A DNA stretch of 64,000 bases from the NCBI GenBank assembly GCA_021323395.1, contig JAJONL010000002.1:12621-76620 (forward strand). Direction: 5' to 3'. Below, piece by piece: positions 34,449-43,271 of the stretch (positions within the stretch are counted from its first letter, which is position 1; each line of letters begins with the position of its first letter). Source of the stretch: Nitrospira sp. (GTDB taxonomy: Bacteria > Nitrospirota > Nitrospiria > Nitrospirales > Nitrospiraceae). Made by a program: the position numbers and the translations under genes. The notes under the pieces are model-generated. The model had not been told where the DNA came from, did no database searches, and worked only from the letters and a program-made list of their open reading frames with translations.

Positions 34449-35924
34449 GTGATGCAACACCATTCTCGATTTATGACGGCGTTACTGCCCGTTTTACTAC
34501 TCGGCGCCGCCTGCAGCCATACGATTCCTCAGTCGTCGACCAAGCCGGTTCCCCCTCCCATCAATAGCGCCGTGCCCTCATTCACCGCGATGAATAAGGA
34601 GGAGCCGAAGGCGCCGCTTTCCCACATGCCGCTGCTTATCAAGACGGACCTCACGCCCGTGCAAAACGCCCTTCGTGACGCGATACCAGAACGATTCACC
34701 GAAGCAGGGCATCCGTTGGGAAACGATTTCCGTTGGACCTTCGTTCGAACCGGTCCGGCCCAAGTCCGCATACAGGATGGTCTCGTAGCGATACATGCCG
34801 ACTACAAGGGCGACATCGAAATGCGAGGCGGGGCACGGGCCTGCCGACTTGAGCCGGTCTATACGACATTGGATGCGACAGGAAAACTGGTGTTGCTGCA
34901 GAATCGTGAGTCCGTCGCATTCGGATTCGAGCCGACCCAGGTGACGTCCGGACTCAAGCCGGACAGCGACGCGCGCTGTAACATGTTCAACATTCCCGTT
35001 AAGGATCAGCTGGCGGAATTGCTGGCCATCTCCGAGGTCAAGACGGCTCTTGCGGAGGCCGTGCAACCTGATACCTTCGCCATCCCGTTCCAACGCCTGT
35101 GGGATGATCTCAAGGGCCCGCTGTCGGTACCGGTCGCGGCCCTCAATACCCGGGCCTGCTACTACGGGAATCCACGAGAATTGACCTTAGGGCAGCAGAA
35201 GGGGACGACCCAGGACACGACCATCACCGGAGTCGCTAGGCAAATGCCGGCCGTCACCTTCGAGCAAGCCTGTTCAGAAGCGCCACCGACCACGGCGCTC
35301 ATCAACCTGGGCAATGCGCCTCAGGACTCGAAGCCCTTCACGATGCTGGCCCGGATTCCCGTGACCTATGCAAATCTGAGTCATCAATTGCAAAGCAAAC
35401 TCTTTCATCAGCCCATCCCACTGGATGGGGGCGGTACGGAGTCCGCCGTCATTGACCGCGTCACCGCTACGGACGCGAATGGACGCGTCTTGCTGGCAGT
35501 GGAGACCAGCGGCGACTTGAAGGGAACGATCTACTATTGGGGAACGCCGCATGTGGACGAGGGAGGAAAAAGCCTCTCGATTCCCGATCTTCAAATGGCG
35601 AATGAATCGAGGACCGCTCTCGATTCCATTCGCATAGGCTACTGGCAAATGGTCGATCGCGAGTTAAAAAACAAGCTTCGACAAGCTGCCATCACCGATT
35701 TTTCGGCTCAAATCGAGCGCATGCGGCAGGCCCTGACAGGAAAACACACGTCAGGGAATATGACGATGGACGTCCTTGTCACGGGGCAACAGCCGGACCA
35801 GGCCCATTCGACTCCCCAGGCGCTGATCGCCATCATCTTGCTGCAAGGCACGGCCAGTGCGAACGGTCAAGTAGTCGTCGGTGACCATGTCGCGAAGGCC
35901 CCATTGAAACAGGAAGCTCGATAA
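34449..35924 (+). CDS. DUF4403-like lipoprotein
   Basis: Lipobox LGAAC; AGGAGG RBS; two-part beta-rich protein (DLTPVQNALRDAIPERF; GRVLLAVETSG..GTIYYWGTP). Confidence 0.7.
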   Translation: MMQHHSRFMTALLPVLLLGAACSHTIPQSSTKPVPPPINSAVPSFTAMNKEEPKAPLSHMPLLIKTDLTPVQNALRDAIPERFTEAGHPLGNDFRWTFVRTGPAQVRIQDGLVAIHADYKGDIEMRGGARACRLEPVYTTLDATGKLVLLQNRESVAFGFEPTQVTSGLKPDSDARCNMFNIPVKDQLAELLAISEVKTALAEAVQPDTFAIPFQRLWDDLKGPLSVPVAALNTRACYYGNPRELTLGQQKGTTQDTTITGVARQMPAVTFEQACSEAPPTTALINLGNAPQDSKPFTMLARIPVTYANLSHQLQSKLFHQPIPLDGGGTESAVIDRVTATDANGRVLLAVETSGDLKGTIYYWGTPHVDEGGKSLSIPDLQMANESRTALDSIRIGYWQMVDRELKNKLRQAAITDFSAQIERMRQALTGKHTSGNMTMDVLVTGQQPDQAHSTPQALIAIILLQGTASANGQVVVGDHVAKAPLKQEAR

Positions 35925-36144
35925 GCATTTCAAGAGAGCGGGGCATTCGCATGAATGCCCCGCTCTCTCCGTTCTGTAAGCCTCGTCCGCCGACGCCACG
36001 TCAATTCCCGCGACTCTTATCGACGCCTCCCCTGCTCGAATCACCGCCCGCGAAATGGGCCGGCGATCAAGGCGCCGCGTTCAGGCGCCTTCTGCGCTCC
36101 GATGGTTTGTCCGAAGCCGGCGTCACTCCACACCGACGGGCGAT

Positions 36145-36162
36145 TTAGGGTCTTGCCCAGTT
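36145..36162. promoter_or_regulatory. Copy 2 of the 18-bp motif
   Basis: TTAGGGTCTTGCCCAGTT, 96 nt before the hemerythrin start. Confidence 0.5.
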
Positions 36163-36240
36163 CGCACGGTCGATGCCGCCTGATAAGGTACTTTTACGAA
36201 GACACACTTAGCCACTCTGGACCAGAAGGGAGGCGGCATT

Positions 36241-36663
36241 ATGACCCCCAACAATAATGCGGGGAGCTCCGTGCAAGCCGGCGACATCAAGAAAACCCTG
36301 CGTGATGCTCATCGGCATATTTTGGCATTATTCCAGCTCTACCTGAACGCTCCGGCCGATTCGAGGCAGACCATCGTCGATCAAATTCTCCATCAGCTTG
36401 CCTCTCACTTGCAGATGGAAGAGGAGCAGATGTATGCCGACATCCGAAACGGGAGCGAAGAGGGTCGGCGGATGGTTGAAGCGGCTCTCCTCGAACACGA
36501 TGAAGTCAAGGCGATGATGACTGAATTGCAACAGTCGGAAAACGACGACGACCAGGCCATGGATGAATTCTTTGAAGACATGATGCAGTCCGTCCGCGCC
36601 CACTTCCTGGCAGAGGAACGCGACATGTTTCCGCTGATCGAAGAGCTGGCCCCGCGGCAATAA
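36241..36663 (+). CDS. Hemerythrin (HHE) domain protein
   Basis: DAHRHI, SHLQMEE, EHDEVK, AHFLAEE..FP; GGGAGG RBS. Confidence 0.9.
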   Translation: MTPNNNAGSSVQAGDIKKTLRDAHRHILALFQLYLNAPADSRQTIVDQILHQLASHLQMEEEQMYADIRNGSEEGRRMVEAALLEHDEVKAMMTELQQSENDDDQAMDEFFEDMMQSVRAHFLAEERDMFPLIEELAPRQ

Positions 36664-36666
36664 ACT

Positions 36667-36745
36667 TAGCAGGATGCGGAAAAAATCCGCCAGCAGCGTT
36701 CTCGCATGGCTCAGAGGCTCAATTGCGTTTTTCCGCAGTCTATTA
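36667..36745. mobile_element. Short MITE-like element, same family as 18118-18358
   Basis: Left end TAGCAGGATGCGGAAAAA, right end 14/18 complementary; the first 40 nt align without gaps (31/40) to the trpB-side end of the 18 kb copy; shared CTCAGAGG. Confidence 0.65.
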
Positions 36746-36820
36746 GGAAGTCGCGCGGCACTGAAGAGGACTGCACTGCGTATCGATTGAATCGGACGCA
36801 TGGGTCTCTTCGTTCAATGT

Positions 36821-36838
36821 CTAGGGCTTTGCCCAGTT
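36821..36838. promoter_or_regulatory. Copy 3 of the 18-bp motif
   Basis: CTAGGGCTTTGCCCAGTT, 129 nt before ATG 36950. Confidence 0.5.
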
Positions 36839-36949
36839 CATCGACCTGAGCCGGCGCGCTAATCTCAGCCAGGCCTAGGCTGACGCTCGCAAGTTGGGCT
36901 TGTCGGTATGGATTTTTTTAAACCACCTGTTTTCAAGGGGAGGCCCCAA

Positions 36950-37288
36950 ATGGAGCGCGACACACGGATCGTGGAAGAAACGGGATCGAAGATCAAACAG
37001 GCCGCCGGAGAAGCCGTCGACTCTGCACAACGATTCGCTGAGAATGCCGGAGAGGCGCTGGGATCGACCGGCGAACGTTTGAGTCAGAGTCTGCGAGGGA
37101 GCGGCAAAATCGGCGAGGCGGCAGAGGCCGTGTCACGCGGAGTCAAGCACACCGCCGAATACCTGCAAGAAGAAGGCATGAGGGGAATCGTCGAGGATCT
37201 TGAAGTGCTGATCCGTCGTTATCCGCTTCAAACGCTGGCGCTGGGCGTGGGTTGCGGATACCTTCTTTCACGCCTCCGGTCGGACTAG
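36950..37288 (+). CDS. ElaB/YqjD/DUF883-like tail-anchored protein
   Basis: Ala/Glu-rich helices ending in IRRYPLQTLALGVGCGYLL; GGGAGG RBS. Confidence 0.75.
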   Translation: MERDTRIVEETGSKIKQAAGEAVDSAQRFAENAGEALGSTGERLSQSLRGSGKIGEAAEAVSRGVKHTAEYLQEEGMRGIVEDLEVLIRRYPLQTLALGVGCGYLLSRLRSD

Positions 37289-37303
37289 CGGAGAGGAGTC
37301 GTC

Positions 37304-37711
37304 ATGGAAAATCCCTATCCCATTTCCATCGCCGCGTTGGCGACCGGCCTCGTGGCCGATCTGCGCCGTCTCTGTACGCAGGAGATTCGACTCGCTCAGC
37401 ACGAAATGCAGCTTGAGTTGCGGAAGGTGATCATGGGTCTGCTGCATGCCGCCCTCGGGACCATTTTGAGCTTTATTGCCGTCACGTTTTTTCTGATCAT
37501 GCTGGTACATGTCCTCAATACGTACGCCGGTCTGCCCCTGTGGGCCTGTTACGGAGTGGTGGGGCTCATCGCTGCCGCATTGAGCGGCGTCTTTTTGTAC
37601 AACCTGGCGAAAGTGGGGTCCAGTCTCAGACTGTGGCCCTTCCGCACCGTACACTCTATAAAGGAAGATGCCCGATGGATCAAAGAACAACTGCTATCGA
37701 CCAAGACCTGA
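37304..37711 (+). CDS. Phage holin family (YqjE-like) membrane protein
   Basis: LVADLRRLCTQEIRLAQHEM, two TMs, RTVHSIKEDARW. Confidence 0.8.
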   Translation: MENPYPISIAALATGLVADLRRLCTQEIRLAQHEMQLELRKVIMGLLHAALGTILSFIAVTFFLIMLVHVLNTYAGLPLWACYGVVGLIAAALSGVFLYNLAKVGSSLRLWPFRTVHSIKEDARWIKEQLLSTKT

Positions 37712-38388
37712 AGGACATTGTCAATACGCGGGTCGCAATTGCCGAGAAGCTTGAACTGCTGGAAAAACGGATCATCGATACGGCGGAGGGAGCGACAATG
37801 AAATTTTCGCGCATGTTGGATGAGACGACTCAGACGGTCAACCAGATGGTCGATAATACTAAAGCGGCGCTGGATCCTGTTCGCAAAGTCGACGAGTACC
37901 CCTGGCTCATGCTCGGGGGAGCCATCTGCGCAGGTTTCGCCATAGGGTTGCTGGAATCACGTACCGGCGGGCGGCGAAGCGGAGTGTACCCCTATTACCC
38001 CGCCGGCGCCCGAGCATCTCGGGTCATGCCGGATTCCGCTCGGCAGACCGGCGCGGCGAGCGATAAGGCAGAGGGGGTGTATGAATATTATCCCACCGGC
38101 CCCCGGTCGTATGCGGCGCCGTCGGATCGCGCACGCACGAGCGTGTGGGACAACCTGTCGCGAGAATTCGGTCAGGAGGCTGAGGAAGCGAAAGCGGTCA
38201 TCCTGCAGGTGGGTCGTTCGCTGTTGATGGAGTTAGCGCGCAAGATGATGCCGGAAGTCGCCCGTTCCTTCGGGATCAATCTCTCCTCGCCGAACGAAGC
38301 TCAGAAGGATGTATCCGGCGGCCGCCGCTCGTCCACGGCCGAATCCCGCGGCCAATCGCGTGATCGCGAGACCACCATGGCGACATGA
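37675..38388 (+). CDS. DUF3618/YqjK-like protein
   Basis: IDQDLKDIVNTRVAIAEKLELLE; EYPWLMLGGAICAGFAIG; overlaps the holin-like gene; AAGGAAG RBS. Confidence 0.68.
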   Translation: MDQRTTAIDQDLKDIVNTRVAIAEKLELLEKRIIDTAEGATMKFSRMLDETTQTVNQMVDNTKAALDPVRKVDEYPWLMLGGAICAGFAIGLLESRTGGRRSGVYPYYPAGARASRVMPDSARQTGAASDKAEGVYEYYPTGPRSYAAPSDRARTSVWDNLSREFGQEAEEAKAVILQVGRSLLMELARKMMPEVARSFGINLSSPNEAQKDVSGGRRSSTAESRGQSRDRETTMAT

Positions 38389-38574
38389 GGTCCGGACCGC
38401 GGGCCCCCGGTGCATGATCATCAAGCGTACCCACAGGGAGGGCGGGAAGACTGACCTGTGCCGCCGACACCCCTGTGTTCACGGATAAATGGTGACGCCT
38501 CTGTTTTTCTGATCAGTTCCGACGGGTTAAATATCTCCATCCCATCGCCTGCAAGTCTCCGGAGAGAGGACCTG

Positions 38575-39519
38575 GTGCCCGCTTCACTGACAAGTCCTTC
38601 GCCGCGCTGGAACCCTTGGAAGCTCGGCGGCCTGGGCTGGAAAGACTTGGGACAGCGTCTGTGGCAGGAAAGCCAGAAAGACGAGATTCTGGGTCGTGCC
38701 GCGCAGCTGGCCTATTATTTTTTATTGGCGCTGTTCCCGGCCCTGTTATTCCTGACCGCCCTCCTGGGATTGTTTCCCCTCGAAAAGGTGATGCCGGAAC
38801 TCCTGACATACCTTCGCACCGTCCTGCCGTCCGACGCGCTCTCATTGCTGCAGCGGTATCTGGACAATGTGGTCAAGGGCAGCGGAGGAGACATTCTTTC
38901 TCTCGGTTTGCTGGGGGCGCTCTGGGCCTCGTCGAGCGGCGTAACCGCCATCATGGAAGCGCTCAACGTGGTCTATGGGGCGGAGGAAACCAGACCCTTC
39001 TGGAAGGTGCGGCTGGTCGCGACCCTCCTCACCATTGGGCTGGCCGGCTTTATCATCGTTTCCATGACGCTGATTCTGTACGGAGCCCGTATCGGTGAAT
39101 GGATCACCGATTTCGTCGGTCTGGGGTGGCTGTTTCTCATCGCCTGGCATGTGTTGCAGTGGCCGGTCGCGGTGCTGCTCATGCTGCTGGCGCTGGCAAT
39201 CATCTACTTCGTCTGTCCCAATGTTGAACATGATTGGCGCTGGGTGACGCCCGGCTCCGTCTTCGCCGTCTCGTTATGGGTCGGGGTGTCGCTCGGCTTT
39301 AAGGCCTATGTCGACCATTTCGGAAACTATAACGCCGCCTATGGGTCCATTGCGGGCGTCATCGTGCTCATGCTGTGGCTCTATTTGACGGGGGTCGTGA
39401 TGTTGCTCGGGGGAGAGATCAACGCCGAGATCGAGCATGCCGCCGCAGCGTTGCGGTCTTCCCGCCTTCGACTCGCGCCATCGAGAGATGACGAGACGAT
39501 TCAGCACATCACTTCATGA
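38575..39519 (+). CDS. YihY/virulence factor BrkB-family membrane protein
   Basis: AAQLAYYFLLALFP, ALWASSSG..ALNVVY, YNAAYGSIAGVIVLMLWLYL..GGEIN; GAGAGGA before GTG 38575. Confidence 0.92.
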   Translation: MPASLTSPSPRWNPWKLGGLGWKDLGQRLWQESQKDEILGRAAQLAYYFLLALFPALLFLTALLGLFPLEKVMPELLTYLRTVLPSDALSLLQRYLDNVVKGSGGDILSLGLLGALWASSSGVTAIMEALNVVYGAEETRPFWKVRLVATLLTIGLAGFIIVSMTLILYGARIGEWITDFVGLGWLFLIAWHVLQWPVAVLLMLLALAIIYFVCPNVEHDWRWVTPGSVFAVSLWVGVSLGFKAYVDHFGNYNAAYGSIAGVIVLMLWLYLTGVVMLLGGEINAEIEHAAAALRSSRLRLAPSRDDETIQHITS

Positions 39520-39534
39520 GCAGGTAACACCGAG

Positions 39535-40722
39535 ATGAAATCCGATTACCCCGAGGCGCTGGCTGAACATTCTCCCTCGCTTCCACGCGAACGAATCTCA
39601 TCGGTGTCCGCGACCGATCGTCACCTCTGGAACATCACGCCGATCAGAGATCTGCTGTGGGCGGGGGGTGCCGGATTCCTCCTGTGGTTCGGGTATTACC
39701 TCCGCGGCGTATTCACTCCGGTTCTCATCGCGCTGCTGTTGGCCTATCTTTGTAATCCCTTGATACGGCATGCGGAGAAACAGTGGAAAGTGCCCCGTCC
39801 CGCGACCATTTCCATCGTGCTTTTCCTCTCCGCCCTCATCCTCGGGGGGCTGGTGACCTGGTTGGGGCCATTACTCGCCGAGCAGGTGCAATCCTTCTCG
39901 GAACGGGTGCCGGGATACCTGAAAAGCATCGCGCAACGGTACCACGTGAGCCTCGGCGACTTCTCGGAGCCCCTGTCGACGATCGCCACGACTCTCAAGG
40001 AAGATCCCCTGTCGATCCTCAGGCCTGTGTTCTCCGGCACGGGACAGGCGATGGGCATGCTGGGAGCGGTCCTCGGAACGACCACGGCCATCTTCCTGGC
40101 GCTCGCGCTGATCCCGATATATTTTTTCTTTTTCGCCTGGCGCCTCGACAGCGCCCTCACCGAACTTAAACGGTATATTCCCGCGCGCTATCGGCCGCGG
40201 GTCGGACACATTATGCGACGGATGGATGAAGCGGTGAGCGGGTTCTTCCGCGGCCGCCTCACCATTGCCCTCGCCTCCGCCATGCTCTATTCGCTCGGAT
40301 GGGCGCTCACAGGAATACGGTACTGGTTTCTACTCGGCCTCATCACCGGCGTGCTGACCATCATCCCCTATGCCTCGTTGATCGGCTGGCCGTTGGCCGT
40401 ACTCCTGAAATACCTCGACGTCTTGTCCGGAGGAACGGGCGGCTTCGATCTTATGGCGATCGTGGTGTGGCCTTCCCTCGCCTATCTCGCCGTTCAGTTC
40501 ATTGAAAGCTGGCTGCTCACGCCCTGGGTACAAAGCCAATCGATGGATATGAATGCCGTGACCGTCCTGATCGTCGTGTTCATCGGCGGCGCGCTCGGCG
40601 GCTTCTATGGCCTCTTACTCGCGATTCCGATTGCCGCCTGCCTGAAGATTCTCGTTCAAGAACTGCTGCTTCCTCGGCTGGCGCGCCAGGCCGCGGACAC
40701 ATCATCCTCAACTCAATCGTAA
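39535..40722 (+). CDS. AI-2E (PerM) family transporter
   Basis: LLAYLCNPL, FFRGRL, IIPYASLIG, QFIESWLLTP, GGFYGLLLAIP. Confidence 0.9.
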   Translation: MKSDYPEALAEHSPSLPRERISSVSATDRHLWNITPIRDLLWAGGAGFLLWFGYYLRGVFTPVLIALLLAYLCNPLIRHAEKQWKVPRPATISIVLFLSALILGGLVTWLGPLLAEQVQSFSERVPGYLKSIAQRYHVSLGDFSEPLSTIATTLKEDPLSILRPVFSGTGQAMGMLGAVLGTTTAIFLALALIPIYFFFFAWRLDSALTELKRYIPARYRPRVGHIMRRMDEAVSGFFRGRLTIALASAMLYSLGWALTGIRYWFLLGLITGVLTIIPYASLIGWPLAVLLKYLDVLSGGTGGFDLMAIVVWPSLAYLAVQFIESWLLTPWVQSQSMDMNAVTVLIVVFIGGALGGFYGLLLAIPIAACLKILVQELLLPRLARQAADTSSSTQS

Positions 40723-40731
40723 GGGAGTCTT

Positions 40732-42483
40732 ATGTCGCACACGGTGGCCGATATCTTGATAGACCGATTGATCGCATGGGGCGTGGATACCGTCTTCAGT
40801 TTGCCGGGGGACGGCATCAACGGGATCTATGAAGCCCTGCGCACGCGGCAGGAGAAAATCAAGCTGATTCTGGTGCGGCACGAAGAATCCGCCGCGCTCG
40901 CGGCCTGCGGATATGCCAAGTTTACCCGTCGACTCGGAGTCTGCCTGGCCACATCCGGACCGGGCGGCATTCATCTGCTGAACGGCCTGTACGACGCCAA
41001 ATGCGACGGGCAGCCGGTATTGGCGATCACGGGACACACCTTTCACGATTTAAGCGGCACGCATTACCAGCAGGATGTGGATTTGAATAAGCTGTTCAGC
41101 GATGTCGCCGCCTACAGCGAACGAGTCATGGGGCCGGCCCATGTCTGCAATGTGGTCGATACCGCGGTCAAGACGGCCATCTCCCGGCGTACGGTCGCGC
41201 ACCTGACCATTCCGAAAGACATCCAGGAGTGGAGCGCGGAGGATCAGCGTTCGAAGGCCAACATTCCTCAACACAGCGGTGATCTATACAGCGACCCGCT
41301 CCCGCTCCCGTCCCGCGCGTTGCTCGACAAGGCGGCCGCCATCATCCAGGCCGGATCGAAAATCGCTATCCTCGCCGGACGGGGGTGTCTCAGCGCCAAA
41401 GCGGAGATCATTCAGCTCGCCGAACTGCTCGGCGCTCCCATCGTCAAACCACTCCTCGGGAAAGGCTTGGTACCCGATGACCACCCCCTGACCACCGGCG
41501 GCATCGGTCTGCTCGGCACCGCTCCTTCGCAAGAGGCGTTGGAGGAATGCGATACGCTCATCATCGCCGGCACGAGTTTCCCCTATTTGGAATTTTATCC
41601 CAAGCCCGGTCAGGCCCGGGCCATACAAATCGATCTCGACCCCGCTCGCATCGGCCTTCGGTACCCGGTGGAAGTCGGACTCGTGGGACATTGCTGGGAT
41701 GTGCTCCGCGCCTTGATGCCTCTCTTGCAGAAAAAATCTGATCGCCGTTTCCTTGACACCGCGCAACAGAGGATGCGGCAGTGGAACGAGCTGATGGAAG
41801 AGCGCGGCTCCCGCATGGATTCCCCATTGAAACCTCAAGTGGTGGTGCGCGCCCTGAATGAGTTTCTCACGGACGATGCGCTCGTATGCTGTGATACGGG
41901 CACCGTCACGACCTGGGCGGCTCGCCACATCCGCATGAAGGGGAATATGGAATTTTCCGTCTCCGGCACCTTGGCGTCCATGGGAAACGGCCTTCCCTAC
42001 AGTCTCGCGGCGGCCCTGGCCTATCCTGGCCGCCAGGTCCTGTGCATCGCCGGCGACGGCGGCTTCACGATGCTGATGGGAGAATTGGCCACGCTCGTGA
42101 AGTACGCCCTCCCCGTCAAAATTATCGTGCTGAAGAACAACCTGCTCGGGATGATCAAGTGGGAACAACTGGCGTTTGAGGGAAATCCTCAGTATGGAGT
42201 GGAGCTTCAGCCGATCGATTTCGCCGCGTTTGCCCGATCCTGCGGCGCGGCTGGGCTGACGGTCGACGACCCCAGGCAGGTTCGAACGGTGCTACAACAG
42301 GCCTTTTCCATGCCCGGTCCCGTCGTGGTTGAAGCCGTGATCGATCCCTTCGAACCTCCGCTCCCGGGAAAAATCACGACAGCGCAGGCCTGGCAGTTTG
42401 CAAAAGCCATCGCCAAAGGAACCGAGGATCGGTGGGCGCTGATGAAAACCGTCGTGGAAAACAAAATTCGGGAGGTGGTATAA
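40732..42483 (+). CDS. poxB: ThDP- and FAD-dependent pyruvate oxidase / pyruvate:quinone oxidoreductase (PoxB/YdaP/CidC-like)
   Basis: PGDGIN, RHEESAALAA, SGPG, ThDP motif GDGGF...NN, IDLDPARIG. Confidence 0.85.
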   Translation: MSHTVADILIDRLIAWGVDTVFSLPGDGINGIYEALRTRQEKIKLILVRHEESAALAACGYAKFTRRLGVCLATSGPGGIHLLNGLYDAKCDGQPVLAITGHTFHDLSGTHYQQDVDLNKLFSDVAAYSERVMGPAHVCNVVDTAVKTAISRRTVAHLTIPKDIQEWSAEDQRSKANIPQHSGDLYSDPLPLPSRALLDKAAAIIQAGSKIAILAGRGCLSAKAEIIQLAELLGAPIVKPLLGKGLVPDDHPLTTGGIGLLGTAPSQEALEECDTLIIAGTSFPYLEFYPKPGQARAIQIDLDPARIGLRYPVEVGLVGHCWDVLRALMPLLQKKSDRRFLDTAQQRMRQWNELMEERGSRMDSPLKPQVVVRALNEFLTDDALVCCDTGTVTTWAARHIRMKGNMEFSVSGTLASMGNGLPYSLAAALAYPGRQVLCIAGDGGFTMLMGELATLVKYALPVKIIVLKNNLLGMIKWEQLAFEGNPQYGVELQPIDFAAFARSCGAAGLTVDDPRQVRTVLQQAFSMPGPVVVEAVIDPFEPPLPGKITTAQAWQFAKAIAKGTEDRWALMKTVVENKIREVV

Positions 42484-42510
42484 AAAACGCGAAGAGCCTC
42501 TGCTTCGCCG
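42482..42510 (-). terminator. Intrinsic terminator for the minus-strand transcript
   Basis: GCGAAG/CTTCGC stem followed by TTTTTT on the minus strand; convergent with the poxB stop. Confidence 0.55.
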
Positions 42511-42649
42511 TTGGGTCTAGACGACTTATGAGGCATGACGCCTCGCACGCCCCGCAGCTTGCCTCGCGAATCCTCCGATAGGCCGAAACCCCTGGCCGAT
42601 GAAGCGACCATCAGACTAGGTGAACCGCCGACAGGCTGAAACGCCTTGG

Positions 42650-42835
42650 TCAATACCGTGGTTTTCCTCGTCTGAGCCATTCGCTTCGCACGAGAATTCC
42701 TGATTGAGTGTGCCGCCTCACGACAAACCAGCGCCAGATGCGGGACCAAAACCCCGGTCGCGACTTCGTGGCCGCGGTTCGTCCGCAAGACCACACCGCT
42801 CCCGACCGAATGAGCGGGTCCATATATGGCGCCAT
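42650..42835 (-). CDS. 61-aa basic, Trp/Arg-rich small protein
   Basis: AAGGAGG RBS 4 nt before ATG 42835; lies directly downstream of the Cys-rich gene. Confidence 0.45.
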   Translation of the reverse strand: MAPYMDPLIRSGAVWSCGRTAATKSRPGFWSRIWRWFVVRRHTQSGILVRSEWLRRGKPRY

Positions 42836-42878
42836 AACGCCTCCTTCTTGAAGACAGGGCGCGGCCACAAGGATGTAT

Positions 42879-43139
42879 TCAGGCGGCGCGCACCACTTCT
42901 TGAGCTGTCACGAGATGCGCGTAGCGATTCCGCAAGATCACTTCGTCGACGAGGTCCCCACACTGGACGCAGCGCATGGCCATGAACCAGTAACCTCCCA
43001 GGCTTTCACCGATATCCATGCAGCGTTCCTCCACCATCAACCCTCCGCAACGCGAGCAGCAGGGAGATTCGCAGGGAATGAACCCGGACATCGGTCTGTT
43101 TCGCTTGACCTGTGGGCTGGAGATTGGCGTGGCATTCAT
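42879..43139 (-). CDS. Small Zn-ribbon-like protein (CxxC-x22-CxxC)
   Basis: CSRCGGLMV..MRCVQCGDLVD; AAGGAG RBS. Confidence 0.75.
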   Translation of the reverse strand: MNATPISSPQVKRNRPMSGFIPCESPCCSRCGGLMVEERCMDIGESLGGYWFMAMRCVQCGDLVDEVILRNRYAHLVTAQEVVRAA

Positions 43140-43271
43140 ACGGTTCTCCTTTCAATGTGATGCAGTGAATCCGACGCTTGTCATGCTCACTGATATCAGG
43201 ACCGCTTGAATGGCTCTACTAGCACTCCCCCCAGGTGCCCCATCAAAGCACCCTGGCGATGAGGTCCGATT

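Noticed and set aside
37304-37711. Holin as evidence of a prophage
   Set aside because: No endolysin, structural or integrase genes; the context is stress genes.
42575-42645. Hammerhead-like fragments (CCGATGA...GAAA)
   Set aside because: The CUGANGA core and stems I-III could not be assembled on either strand.
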